The translations under genes and the position numbers were made by a program. From NCBI RefSeq assembly GCF_000328665.1, contig NC_019977.1:1510011-1542010 (forward strand): a stretch of DNA of 32,000 nt. The letters are read 5' to 3'. The DNA is from Methanomethylovorans hollandica DSM 15978. GTDB lineage: Archaea > Halobacteriota > Methanosarcinia > Methanosarcinales > Methanosarcinaceae. Of this stretch, positions 9,401-17,163 are shown piece after piece. The first letter of the stretch is position 1; each line of letters opens with the position of its first letter. Under the pieces are notes generated by a model that had not been told where the DNA came from, did no database searches, and was given only the letters and a program-made list of their open reading frames with translations.

Positions 9401-10761
9401 CAACCAGTTATAGGGATGTTATGTGGTTCGATCTCAGTGCATACAGTTCAAAAGACACAATTTCTCAGGCAACCCTGTCACTCTACTGGTATTATCCAGC
9501 AGGTGCTACACGCACTTCTGATACAGTGGTGGAAGTCTACAGACCTGCAAAGGAATGGGATTCACAGTATGTTACCTGGGCTTCCAGAATTTTGGGTGTG
9601 CTATGGGATACACCTGGAGGAGAATGGTTCGACAAAAATGATAACGCACTGGGCACTGTCCCGTATGCTTCAGTAACTTTCCCGGCAAGCACTGTGCCTG
9701 ATAACAAGTACTATGACTTTGATGTTACACAACTTGTGCAGGAATACATAAGCGGTACTTATGAGAACACTGGTTTTTTCCTCAAGGCAAGAACAGAAAG
9801 CGGTAATTACATTGCCTTCTACAGTTCTGAGTGGTCTAATCCTGATCAGAGACCGCAATTGAAAGTGTGTCTAATTGACGCTTCAGATCCGATCACACCG
9901 CCTGTAATAGATAATCCACCGGCTGCAGATGCTGGTGCTGATAAGAATGCTACTAAGAATGTAGCTGTAACTTTCGATGGTAGTAATTCCACTGATGACA
10001 ACGGTATAGTTTCTTATTCTTGGGACTTTGGCGATGGTACAGCTGTAGCCAGTGATGTCTCACCAGTTCATACATATGCAGCAGCAGGGACTTACACTGT
10101 GACCCTTACAGTTACAGATACCATAGGACAGACCGATTCGGATACAATGGAAGTTGTTGTGAGTGAACTGACAATCACAACAGGAAGTTCTGTCTCGTAC
10201 ACAGCTGCTTATGATAACAGATTACGCCAATCATCTCCAACAACCGTTCTTCCTACTAGTGCCTATATTGACATCGGAAGGCTTGGTACTGCCATTTACA
10301 GGGATCTGATGTGGTTCGATCTTAGTGATTACAACTCCACGGATACAATAGCCAAGGCAACTCTGTCTCTTTACTGGTATTATCCAGCAGGTGCTACTCG
10401 TGCTTCTGATACAGTGGTGGAAATCTATAGACCGGTAAAGTGGGATCCACAGTATGTGACATGGAACACTCGCATATCTGATGTTCCTTGGACTGCAGCA
10501 GGAGGAGACTGGTTCGATAAGAAAGGAGTTGTTCAGGGTAATGTCCCTTATGCTTCAGTAACATTCCCGGCAAGTACTATGCCTGACAATAAGTACTATG
10601 ACTTTGATGTTACACAAATTGTGCAGGAATACGTAAGTGGCAAGTATGAGAACACTGGTTTTTTCCTCAAGGCGAATACCGAAAGTGGAAACTATATTGC
10701 ATTTTATAGTGCTGATGCTTCAGATGCTGCAATGAGGCCAAAATTAACTATAACAAGTTAA
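6469..10761 (+). CDS. Large secreted or surface protein: N-terminal signal-anchor, right-handed parallel beta-helix (pectate-lyase/NosD-like), then 3x (PKD + DNRLRE / disaggregatase-related) modules
   Basis: ~1430-aa ORF. A hydrophobic anchor (IRIWTLFIFFSICIICFLAAGSSSAAAA) is present. The beta-helix region shows repeated N-rich turn motifs (..ITIRGFKINGN.., ..VANNDVY.., ..IYNN.., ..IENNVIDN..). There are three PKD-like units (ANAGADK...YSWDF...GTYTVTLTVTDT.GQ) and three units carrying the literal DNRLRE/DNRLRQ motif plus YWYYPAG and NTGFFLKA. GTG 6463 is an alternative start. Confidence 0.85.
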   Translation: MLIKYNEKRNTGFRFHRWINSRTLLIRLFVRAHFFLALGTACVQSYDKIISNNKKRSLAIRIWTLFIFFSICIICFLAAGSSSAAAAIVYVDTDGTGSYNCDGINDHIELNKALAYVDSTGGGTVYLRGANTYWIDATLEMGSNTILTGDPSACIKLVPNAGWDVQVPMIKNKNDVNKNITIRGFKINGNSESQSVSYGKGYYNMMYFVNCTDVTVTGMRLEWGTGDGLKIRNSPYNYTFLADVKFTDNSVYKLGHDALYVLGMNGITVANNDVYTRTNSAFRLSSSGHAKIYNNVIHSEFSSSSNGPGIEIDKTSGIISAHISENIEIYNNLFHTLYGSAIWIAGEDADNVVRGKDVYIHHNIIYNVGQYPIDTGYSNAAITIGQFNNTRIENNVIDNGGHAGIKYYQYVNSYRMASKFTTTVKNNIIINCAKNVATGVWNYNSENHKFILNNNCIYWNTKGAYVGANIIRSGDIYVDPLFVSSATRDYHLKSTAGHYSSGKWIADTVSSLLIDAGYPTSAYNNEPSPNGGRINIGRYGNTAQASKSAYSSEVPNAGDTSPVANAGADKTAIAGSAVMFDGSVSTDDQGIVLYSWDFNYADGITSDATGVTATKIYTTAGTYTVTLTVTDTIGQKSTDTLQVVVSTPTSIPAGTVSYVPVYDNRLREASPTTALLTNSYIDVGRTTANFRDVMMFDLSSYKTTDTISKATLLLYWYYPAGAIRNSDTVVEIYRPIQWDPQYVTWNTRMSGIPWTTPGGSWFDKNEVSQGATPYASLTFAGSKVPDNKYYEFDVTQLVQEYVSGKHKNTGFFLKAKTEGNNYIAFYSSDWSNSAQRPKLTVTTGASAVDKPPVANAGADKNTTANSVVIFDASLSTDDKGIASYSWDFDASNGITSQASGVSVTHTYTSPGTYTVTLTVTDTAGQKSADTLQVVVSSPIIIPAGTVSYVPDYDNRLRESSATSVFSTITYLDIGKLGTTSYRDVMWFDLSAYSSKDTISQATLSLYWYYPAGATRTSDTVVEVYRPAKEWDSQYVTWASRILGVLWDTPGGEWFDKNDNALGTVPYASVTFPASTVPDNKYYDFDVTQLVQEYISGTYENTGFFLKARTESGNYIAFYSSEWSNPDQRPQLKVCLIDASDPITPPVIDNPPAADAGADKNATKNVAVTFDGSNSTDDNGIVSYSWDFGDGTAVASDVSPVHTYAAAGTYTVTLTVTDTIGQTDSDTMEVVVSELTITTGSSVSYTAAYDNRLRQSSPTTVLPTSAYIDIGRLGTAIYRDLMWFDLSDYNSTDTIAKATLSLYWYYPAGATRASDTVVEIYRPVKWDPQYVTWNTRISDVPWTAAGGDWFDKKGVVQGNVPYASVTFPASTMPDNKYYDFDVTQIVQEYVSGKYENTGFFLKANTESGNYIAFYSADASDAAMRPKLTITS
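8149..10758 (+). repeat. Three tandem intragenic repeat modules (870, 897 and 843 nt), each encoding PKD + DNRLRE domains
   Basis: Units start at 8149 (SPVANAGADK), 9019 (PPVANAGADK) and 9916 (PPAADAGADK). Each ends with RP(K/Q)L(T/K)V/I. Nucleotide-level near-identity patches are described in the findings. Confidence 0.9.
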
Positions 10762-10766
10762 CACGC

Positions 10767-10794
10767 AAGCGAATACACATTCGTTTGATTTTTT
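10767..10794 (+). terminator. Hairpin plus T6 terminator after the surface-protein gene
   Basis: AAGCGAAT (10767-10774) pairs with ATTCGTTT (10779-10786) with one G-U pair and an ACAC loop. A T6 run follows at 10789-10794. Confidence 0.55.
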
Positions 10795-10821
10795 ACGGGT
10801 CATTATACTTCAAATCGCTAG

Positions 10822-10829
10822 TTATATAT
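10822..10829 (+). promoter_or_regulatory. TATA-box-like element upstream of mch
   Basis: TTATATAT lies about 45-55 nt upstream of the mch start codons. This is compatible with an archaeal TATA at about -26 and a short 5' UTR. Confidence 0.35.
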
Positions 10830-10876
10830 GCTTTTCAATCAAAACAGAGCCAACGAACTAACTTAGAGTGATATTT

Positions 10877-11839
10877 GTGATCAGTGTCAACGAAAAGGGA
10901 TTAGATATAATCGATGAGATGCTCGACTGGGAAGAAGAACTCAATGTCCAGTCCTTTGAGCTTGGAAACGGGGCTACGGTCATTGACTGTGGCGTTAAGA
11001 TGCAAGGTGGTTATGATGCGGGTCTGTACCTTTCCCGCCTATGTCTTGCTGATCTTGCAGACATAAGCTACACAAAATTCGATCTGAACGGCTTGCCAGT
11101 GCCTGCCATACAGGTAGCTACCGATCATCCGGTCGTAGCATGTATGGGTTCACAGTATGCCGGCTGGAGAATATCAGTAGGAAAATACTTTGGAATGGGT
11201 TCAGGTCCTGCCAGAGCTCTTGGACTCAAGCCAAAAGAACTTTATGAGGAAATAGGCTACAAGGATGACTCCGAATTTGCGGTCCTGGTCATGGAATCTT
11301 CTGCACTTCCAACAGAAGAGGTAGTGGAGTATATAGCAAAACACTGCAATGTGGATGCTGAGAATGTATATATCGCCGTTGCACCTACAGCTTCGATTGC
11401 CGGCAGTGTGCAGATATCTGCAAGGGTCGTAGAGACCGGTATACACAAACTGGAGTCAATAGGATTCGATATCAATACCATAAAGAGTGGTTTCGGAGTA
11501 GCCCCCATTGCACCTATAGTGGGTGACGATACAAAATGCATGGGATCTACCAATGACTGTATCATCTACTGTGGCGAGACTTATTACACAGTAGAATATG
11601 GAGATGATGAGCAACTGGCCGATTATGTGAAAAAGGCACCTTCTACAACATCACGTGATTACGGTAAACCGTTCTTTAACACATTCAAAGAAGCCGGCTT
11701 TGACTTCTTCAAGGTTGATGCAGGCATGTTTGCTCCTGCAAAGATAACAATAAATGACAAGAAGACACAGAAATCATTTACAAGCGGCCGTATCAATCCG
11801 GGCATTCTGCTCGATTCATTTGGAATAAAGGAAGTATGA
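10877..11839 (+). CDS. mch: Methenyltetrahydromethanopterin cyclohydrolase
   Basis: Starting at GTG 10877 gives [12 protein letters not shown]..., the usual Mch N-terminus. Other family blocks are [40 protein letters not shown] and [16 protein letters not shown]. The ORF-track start at GTG 10868 falls inside an SD-like GAGTGAT. Confidence 0.93.
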   Translation: MISVNEKGLDIIDEMLDWEEELNVQSFELGNGATVIDCGVKMQGGYDAGLYLSRLCLADLADISYTKFDLNGLPVPAIQVATDHPVVACMGSQYAGWRISVGKYFGMGSGPARALGLKPKELYEEIGYKDDSEFAVLVMESSALPTEEVVEYIAKHCNVDAENVYIAVAPTASIAGSVQISARVVETGIHKLESIGFDINTIKSGFGVAPIAPIVGDDTKCMGSTNDCIIYCGETYYTVEYGDDEQLADYVKKAPSTTSRDYGKPFFNTFKEAGFDFFKVDAGMFAPAKITINDKKTQKSFTSGRINPGILLDSFGIKEV

Positions 11840-11854
11840 TATCTTCGACCCCGG

Positions 11855-11883
11855 GGTGCAACCTATCAGGTTGTACCTTTTTT
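11855..11883 (+). terminator. Hairpin plus T6 terminator after mch
   Basis: GGTGCAACCT (11855-11864) pairs with AGGTTGTACC (11868-11877) with one G-U pair and a 3-nt loop. TTTTTT follows at 11878-11883. Confidence 0.6.
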
Positions 11884-12063
11884 GGAGATCAATCATGAAG
11901 CTCATAAGTACATCCAAAGGTATAGGCGGTCAGCTTGCTTTTTTAAGGGAACTAGTAAAAGGTTCCTAAAGCATTATTCTTATGGTTTCCCCAGGATTTT
12001 GTACACCTTTTGCCGAAATTCTCGCATACGGGTCAGATGAAAAGTTAATGGCATACGTGATCT

Positions 12064-13107
12064 TTACATGATCTTAGCATCAATCACCACATGCCATACA
12101 CCTGGCGAATATTTTTTGATCCTTCTGGTCTCTACAATCTCAACTTCTTTTCCAATTTCCAGAGCAGCTTCCCGTATCCTGTTCACAGGCCTTTCGAACA
12201 CAAGTCTTTCAGGAGTTGTTTCATGGTAATGCAAAATGCCACCTTCAGGCTTCAGAGCCTTGATCCCTTTAAAAAGATAGTTGTGAGTTGTTCCCACGTA
12301 ACCCATGATGACCCTGTCAGCCACACCTTCAGGTGTAACAATGGCGCAGTCTCCAAGTATGGGTTCGACAAGACTTTTCACATGGTTCAAACGGATGTTT
12401 TCCTGCAGATAACTAAAAGATACCGGATTTAGTTCGATGGATATGATCTTTTTGGGTGAAGAGTGTACTGCAATGGGTATAGAGAAATACCCTATACCGG
12501 CAAACATATCAACAACAACCTCATCATGTGCAACTACGCTCATTAGTTTCTTTTCAGCCAGGTTACCTTTTGAGAACATCACTTTTGCCACATCCAGCTT
12601 GAAAGTGCAGCCATTCTCTTTATGTGTGGTCTCAGTACCATGGCCTGCTATGACCTCTCTGGTTGGCAGCCTTAAAGCCCCCTGTATGCCTTTATCCTTT
12701 ACAACACAGCTACATCTGGGATACATTTGCAGCAGTTTTTCGCCGATAAGCATTTTTCTGTGTTCCAGATCTTCAGGGATGGTCACTATAATCACAGTAC
12801 CGATAACCTGCCAGCCTGCAGGCACCTTTACAAGTTCTTGGACAGGCATTTCATTTGCAAGCAGTTCTTTAAGGGACTTGTTAGGCGTGTAAATCTCTGG
12901 CATTTGGTCGTTGAAGCATGTGTATCCCTTAACCTTTTCAGTTACAGGCAAAAGCAAGTATTTTTTTCCGTTTTCGGTGGTCTTTCTGATCTTCCGATCC
13001 ATATCCAGAACTTTGCTCTCCAGTAGCCATGTCCTTATAGCCTCTGCCTCTTCAATAGGCACGCAAATAATGAGATCTTGTTCAATTTGCATATCAGTAA
13101 CCATCAT
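12064..13107 (-). CDS. trm5: tRNA (guanine37-N1)-methyltransferase, Trm5 / Met-10+ family (a Taw2-type function cannot be excluded)
   Basis: 347 aa. VVDMFAGIGYFSIPIAVH is the SAM-binding motif. Other blocks are MFSKGN, IELNP and the GG.LHYHE C-terminal block. The size fits the three-domain archaeal Trm5. Confidence 0.8.
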   Translation of the reverse strand: MMVTDMQIEQDLIICVPIEEAEAIRTWLLESKVLDMDRKIRKTTENGKKYLLLPVTEKVKGYTCFNDQMPEIYTPNKSLKELLANEMPVQELVKVPAGWQVIGTVIIVTIPEDLEHRKMLIGEKLLQMYPRCSCVVKDKGIQGALRLPTREVIAGHGTETTHKENGCTFKLDVAKVMFSKGNLAEKKLMSVVAHDEVVVDMFAGIGYFSIPIAVHSSPKKIISIELNPVSFSYLQENIRLNHVKSLVEPILGDCAIVTPEGVADRVIMGYVGTTHNYLFKGIKALKPEGGILHYHETTPERLVFERPVNRIREAALEIGKEVEIVETRRIKKYSPGVWHVVIDAKIM

Positions 13108-13170
13108 TTATTGTATGGTCCAGGGTTCAGTGAATAGTTACCCCGGAATCTATTCGACTATTAGCTAACG

Positions 13171-13178
13171 TTTATATA
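13171..13178 (+). promoter_or_regulatory. Consensus archaeal TATA box (TTTATATA) placed for a leaderless transcript of the 13202 gene
   Basis: TTTATATA ends 23 nt before ATG 13202. With the TATA centred about 26 nt upstream of the TSS, transcription would start at or next to the ATG. No SD is present. Confidence 0.45.
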
Positions 13179-13201
13179 GATTTATTGTTATCTAATGTAC
13201 T

Positions 13202-13948
13202 ATGAACGACAGCGACCGAACTGCTCTTTTTTCTAACGGAAATGGTTTTGTCGCATTGAACAGTCCTGTAAAGATCGAGATACTAGATTTCTTAAAAGTT
13301 TCCACACGTTCCTTTGATGAGATCGTGAAACATACGGGAAAAGCTAAATCCACGATTTCAGTACATCTTAACGACCTGAGGTCCTTCGGACTTGTAGAAG
13401 AGGAGTGTGACCAGAATGATAAACGCCGTAAGGCATATCACCTTAAATGTGAGCACATGGCCCATTCTCAGCCTCCTATTCTTAGGCACTATAAAAATGT
13501 TCTGGAAACATTAGCTTCTCCACAGCTCGAAAAACATGGATGTTTCAAATGTTTTTTCCGTGCCATACAGTTTGGCTTTGATGCCCATGGAATTAACAGC
13601 GATCCCATTATGAGAAAAATAGGCAGGGATATAGGTACAAGCATATCCTCTAATTTCACTTCAAAGGACATTAAGTTTCTTGTGCAGGAATTAGCCGAAT
13701 TCTGGAAACGGTATCAGATGGGTACTATGTATCTGGTGAACAGTGAGCCTTTGGTAATAGCTGTAGAGAAATGTTTCGATTACAAGCTCATATCGACAAT
13801 AGGAAAGAACCTGTGCTCTTTTACAGAAGGTATTATCGAAGGCACAATAGTCCACTCGCTAAACATCTCTTGCTGTGTACAGGAAATCGAATGCTGCGGC
13901 AATGGAAAAGAAAGATGCCTTTTTATTGTGCATTTTCTGAACAAGTGA
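13202..13948 (+). CDS. Transcriptional regulator: ArsR-like winged HTH plus C-terminal V4R-like (Cys-containing small-molecule-binding) domain
   Basis: The N-terminal part (ILDFLKVSTRSFDEIVKHTGKAKSTISVHLNDLRSFGLVEE) is an ArsR/SmtB-type wHTH. The C-terminal CSFTEGIIEGTI...CVQEIECCGNGKERCLFIV resembles the V4R domain. Confidence 0.65.
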   Translation: MNDSDRTALFSNGNGFVALNSPVKIEILDFLKVSTRSFDEIVKHTGKAKSTISVHLNDLRSFGLVEEECDQNDKRRKAYHLKCEHMAHSQPPILRHYKNVLETLASPQLEKHGCFKCFFRAIQFGFDAHGINSDPIMRKIGRDIGTSISSNFTSKDIKFLVQELAEFWKRYQMGTMYLVNSEPLVIAVEKCFDYKLISTIGKNLCSFTEGIIEGTIVHSLNISCCVQEIECCGNGKERCLFIVHFLNK

Positions 13949-13957
13949 TAATATTTC

Positions 13958-14647
13958 TCATATAGAACCTATTATCACTCCGAGTTCCGAAGGTACTAAC
14001 CTTCCAATGGCAGCAACTATGCCAGGCCCATCGGTAGTTTCCCTGCAAACAATAGCATGCTCCATTATCCCCAATCTTTCGGTGCCGTATATATCCCTTG
14101 CATGTCCGGTTCTTTTTATTGCAGCTTTAAGCTCTGACCGTGTGATATTATTTGCTGTAACCCTGTCGTGTCCGGCTTTTTTCCATTGCCACCAGATATC
14201 CGCCTGATATTTGCTGAACTTACCCTGTAACTTAGATGGATCATTCATGATCTCTATTTCTACAGGCAGATATCTTATCATGCCAAAACGTGCGGCTATC
14301 TGTCGGGCACTTCCTATTCCCAGATATTGCATGTTCTCAGAAGCTATGGATACTTTTGTGCCTATATCCACGACGATCCGGTCTTCTTCAATAGCATCAA
14401 TAAACCCTTTGTATACATTCCCTTCCTCAGGGATGGATGTTGGTGTGCCATATTGTCTTATAAGGAGATTGCTTGCGAACTCTTCATCTTCCCCTTCGAT
14501 TTCAACGACAGTCCATCTATCTTCTGAAACGGTGATCATGGCCTTGACAGCCAGTTCCTTCAGTTCATTTGCAATAGTGACAGAAATAGTATCTACAGTT
14601 TTTTTTTCGTTACCATAGACCTTTATACATAATGTGATCTTGTTCAT
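13958..14647 (-). CDS. Conserved archaeal hypothetical protein (possibly DUF2110-type; assignment from memory only)
   Basis: 229-aa ORF with ordinary composition and no competing frame. It sits 13 nt downstream of the preceding minus-strand gene, consistent with an operon. No catalytic motif was recognised. Confidence 0.7.
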   Translation of the reverse strand: MNKITLCIKVYGNEKKTVDTISVTIANELKELAVKAMITVSEDRWTVVEIEGEDEEFASNLLIRQYGTPTSIPEEGNVYKGFIDAIEEDRIVVDIGTKVSIASENMQYLGIGSARQIAARFGMIRYLPVEIEIMNDPSKLQGKFSKYQADIWWQWKKAGHDRVTANNITRSELKAAIKRTGHARDIYGTERLGIMEHAIVCRETTDGPGIVAAIGRLVPSELGVIIGSI

Positions 14648-14660
14648 ATCTTTTGATCTC

Positions 14661-15254
14661 TTACTGATTTATAAGTGACTCTAGAAGCTCCTTTGTCTCA
14701 ATAAAGTACTCCAGTGTAGCATCGTCGATAGCGTGACACTCCTGCATAACGTTCTCGATCTTCTTGAGGTCCCTTTTGAAAGGTCCCAGTCTTCTTATAA
14801 CGGTTTCCCTGTCTGCTCCACCAATAACCAGTTCATTATAAATGGAAATAGTAGTATCGTTCAGCCTTTTGATCTTTTCGCATATATCTTGATTCTGCTC
14901 ATGATCTGTAAAGACCTCTTGTCTTTTGCCGGCCAGATCTTCAATATTTTCATCCTCAGCAGGGCCAAGTCCTTCAGGCAGTTCTCCTTCCAGTGCAATA
15001 ATGAGATTTTTGAGAGCTTCCACTACCTTAAAACCTGATTCGGTAAGCTCCACATATTTAACCCTTCCTTCCATGGTAAATTTGACCAATCCATATTCTT
15101 CCATTTTCGAGAGGATCTTCGTTGTATGTGCAAAAGTAGAATTGATCTCTTTAGTGATCACAGAAGCATACGTTTTCTGGAAGGACCAGATAGCAAGGAG
15201 TGCCAATGTTGGTTTTTCCTGAAGGAATAGTTGCTCAGCATATTCTTTAGCCAT
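14661..15254 (-). CDS. Winged-helix (MarR/ArsR-like) DNA-binding protein with an acidic linker and helical C-terminal domain
   Basis: YASVITKEINSTFAHTTKILSKMEEYGLVKFTMEGRVKYVELTESG shows an HTH plus beta-wing pattern. There is no zinc ribbon, so it is not TFE. Confidence 0.65.
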   Translation of the reverse strand: MAKEYAEQLFLQEKPTLALLAIWSFQKTYASVITKEINSTFAHTTKILSKMEEYGLVKFTMEGRVKYVELTESGFKVVEALKNLIIALEGELPEGLGPAEDENIEDLAGKRQEVFTDHEQNQDICEKIKRLNDTTISIYNELVIGGADRETVIRRLGPFKRDLKKIENVMQECHAIDDATLEYFIETKELLESLINQ

Positions 15255-15371
15255 AATTTTTCTCTCTTTTTATGATTGGTCCTGCGAATTAGAAGAGAAT
15301 TATCCCACAAATTCTATCTATTTTATTGTATATTACTTTATGTAAGTATACCCATGTGAAGATATTTATAT

Positions 15372-16535
15372 TTATCGAAATCTTCTCAGAATGTCTAATA
15401 TTTCCTTTAGTCCTGCATTAGTTTTAAAAGATGTTCCGCTGAAATGTGTCCTTGAAGCCTTGAATCCATCTCCTGTTAACTCCTTAAGCAGCTCTTCCAT
15501 GGGCATGGCAGATATCCCCAGTTTTTTTGTAAGAAGGTGCTGATCATAAAAGGTAGGTATATCCAGTTCATTCCTGCACAGCTCAACTATCTTTACTGCA
15601 TATTCTTTTTTCCCAAGTTCCCTATTAGTTAGCTGCACCAGCACCGAGTCACAAAATTCCCTGTTGTGCAGAGGGCCAAGCCATAATGGACCTGCAATAC
15701 TTGTCTCTTCGCCACATAGCTCACATTTTTCAGGTATATGCACTGCCATTCCATAATGGACCGACCTGGCCGTACATTTAGTGCAATGAGCTATAAAACC
15801 CAGATCCTTTAAGCATTTATCTGTCTTATTTGCACCTTTTTTTACTTCAAGATATGCCCGCACATAATGTCTGGTGGCATGGCAGAACATCGGGTGCATG
15901 GCTTTCTCATGTCTTGCGAGGTCTCTTGCTATCATACCAAGCATGATGCGCAATCCCATTTCACTGTGATATTCCACGTTCAAAGGTACAGCACTGTATT
16001 TCCGGATACCTGAGTTAAGGTGTGCTCCACACAGGGGTGCAGTATCCGTAGCTGTGACAGCAAGCATATTTATGACTGAACTCGATGCAGCATCAAGGTA
16101 AGTAGTTGGTGATCCAAAAGGATCTATATCCACTATATTATATCGTTCTTTATGCAACAATGCATTAGCATTTCCAAGACATATTCTCACTTTATCCGTA
16201 AGATCATTGATTGCTGCATTTTCCTTTATCAGAGTGTATGCCTCTTCGCTCCAGTCATTAAGTGTGACATTAAGGCCTACCTCTTTTGCGATCCGGAGTC
16301 CTCGAATACCTGAAGCTGAAAGTGCATCCACATAGGTGATCTCCGACATTTCAAGATGTCTGCGGGAAGACATGATCTGCGAAAAAGCAGCAATTGAAGC
16401 CACTGACAGATCACGGTTCAGTTCCATTTCCGGATTATAGAAAACACTTGCAGAAGAGATGGAAAGCTGCCCGTCATCCGGAACCGGAGGGACCAATGCC
16501 CGGGTACCACCTTCTTGAATAGTCCTGGTCTTCAT
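15372..16535 (-). CDS. trm1: tRNA (guanine26-N2)-dimethyltransferase
   Basis: Family blocks are FYNP.MELNRDLSV, DALSASGIRGLR, DIDPFGSP and a Cys4 cluster (CTKCT...CELCG). ATG 16535 (MKTRTIQEGG) is preferred over the TTG at 16544 given in the ORF track. Confidence 0.9.
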   Translation of the reverse strand: MKTRTIQEGGTRALVPPVPDDGQLSISSASVFYNPEMELNRDLSVASIAAFSQIMSSRRHLEMSEITYVDALSASGIRGLRIAKEVGLNVTLNDWSEEAYTLIKENAAINDLTDKVRICLGNANALLHKERYNIVDIDPFGSPTTYLDAASSSVINMLAVTATDTAPLCGAHLNSGIRKYSAVPLNVEYHSEMGLRIMLGMIARDLARHEKAMHPMFCHATRHYVRAYLEVKKGANKTDKCLKDLGFIAHCTKCTARSVHYGMAVHIPEKCELCGEETSIAGPLWLGPLHNREFCDSVLVQLTNRELGKKEYAVKIVELCRNELDIPTFYDQHLLTKKLGISAMPMEELLKELTGDGFKASRTHFSGTSFKTNAGLKEILDILRRFR

Positions 16536-16558
16536 CGGTCCCAATCGAATGATTGTTA

Positions 16559-17113
16559 TTATTTAACTATGATGGTCCCGCTCATTCTGGGGAAAGCCAG
16601 AATACTGTAATTGTACGTGCCTGTTTCATTAAATGTATAACCGAAAGCTTGCCTGTAACCTATAGATCTATTCTCCCAAAGGCCATTTTCACTCACAAGA
16701 GTGAAGGCTCTGACGGGATCATTAAAATTGATCCAGAACACAGTATCTTCAGTTGCCACTTGCAGGGTACTGGGGGTGGAGAGGAATTTTTCCAGGCGTA
16801 TGGTATAAGTTCGCGGTGCTCCCGTATCAATAACCTGTGGCCCCTGGGTCACAGTGCCTTCAGCAGGCACATTAACTGCTGGCTGCTCTGGAGTGGTAGT
16901 ATCATTTTGTTCCGTTACGTCGGGGGATGCATCACTTTCATTTACGGCAATGACATCACCGGTACCATTTTCATCGATAGTGGTATTTTCATCGACAGTA
17001 TCATTTACACCATCTGTTACATTCACTTCACCATCTGTTACATTGTCGCCGGTACAGCCAGACAACACGACAGCAGACAGTACAAACAATAAAGCTAGAA
17101 CTTTTAATTTCAT
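16559..17113 (-). CDS. Secreted lipoprotein-like protein: lipobox, N/D/T-rich sequon-dense linker, cupredoxin-like C-terminal domain lacking Cu ligands
   Basis: ATG 17113 lies 6 nt after AGGTGA on the minus strand. The signal peptide is MKLKVLALLFVLSAVVLSGC, with the lipobox Cys codon at 17054-17056. The linker carries seven N-x-S/T sequons. The C-terminus (DTVFWINFND...GTYNYSILAFPRMSGTIIVK) follows a plastocyanin-like pattern, but the His/Cys/His positions are not conserved. Confidence 0.7.
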   Translation of the reverse strand: MKLKVLALLFVLSAVVLSGCTGDNVTDGEVNVTDGVNDTVDENTTIDENGTGDVIAVNESDASPDVTEQNDTTTPEQPAVNVPAEGTVTQGPQVIDTGAPRTYTIRLEKFLSTPSTLQVATEDTVFWINFNDPVRAFTLVSENGLWENRSIGYRQAFGYTFNETGTYNYSILAFPRMSGTIIVK

Positions 17114-17163
17114 CCCTGTCACCTGTGTATACATTAAAAGCCGTTACCTAATAAACTTTCACT

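Noticed and set aside
9164-9676. 170-aa plus-strand ORF in an alternative frame inside the surface-protein gene. Similar ORFs lie at 8012-8203 and 8069-8254.
   Set aside because: These are out-of-frame shadows of a long, well-supported ORF. They have L/Q/H-rich composition and no start context.
8149-10758. Tandem repeats considered as a possible CRISPR array or satellite.
   Set aside because: The period is ~870 nt. The repeats are entirely in frame within one ORF and encode PKD+DNRLRE domains. There is no short repeat/spacer structure anywhere in the window.
12091-13168. Four plus-strand ORFs (85-151 aa) antisense to trm5.
   Set aside because: They are antisense shadows of a gene with clear family motifs. 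They are S/F/C-rich low-information translations.
14007-15222. Plus-strand ORFs antisense to the 13958-14647 and 14661-15254 genes.
   Set aside because: They are shadow ORFs with S/P/I-rich composition. The minus-strand frames are contiguous, operon-spaced and have plausible domains.
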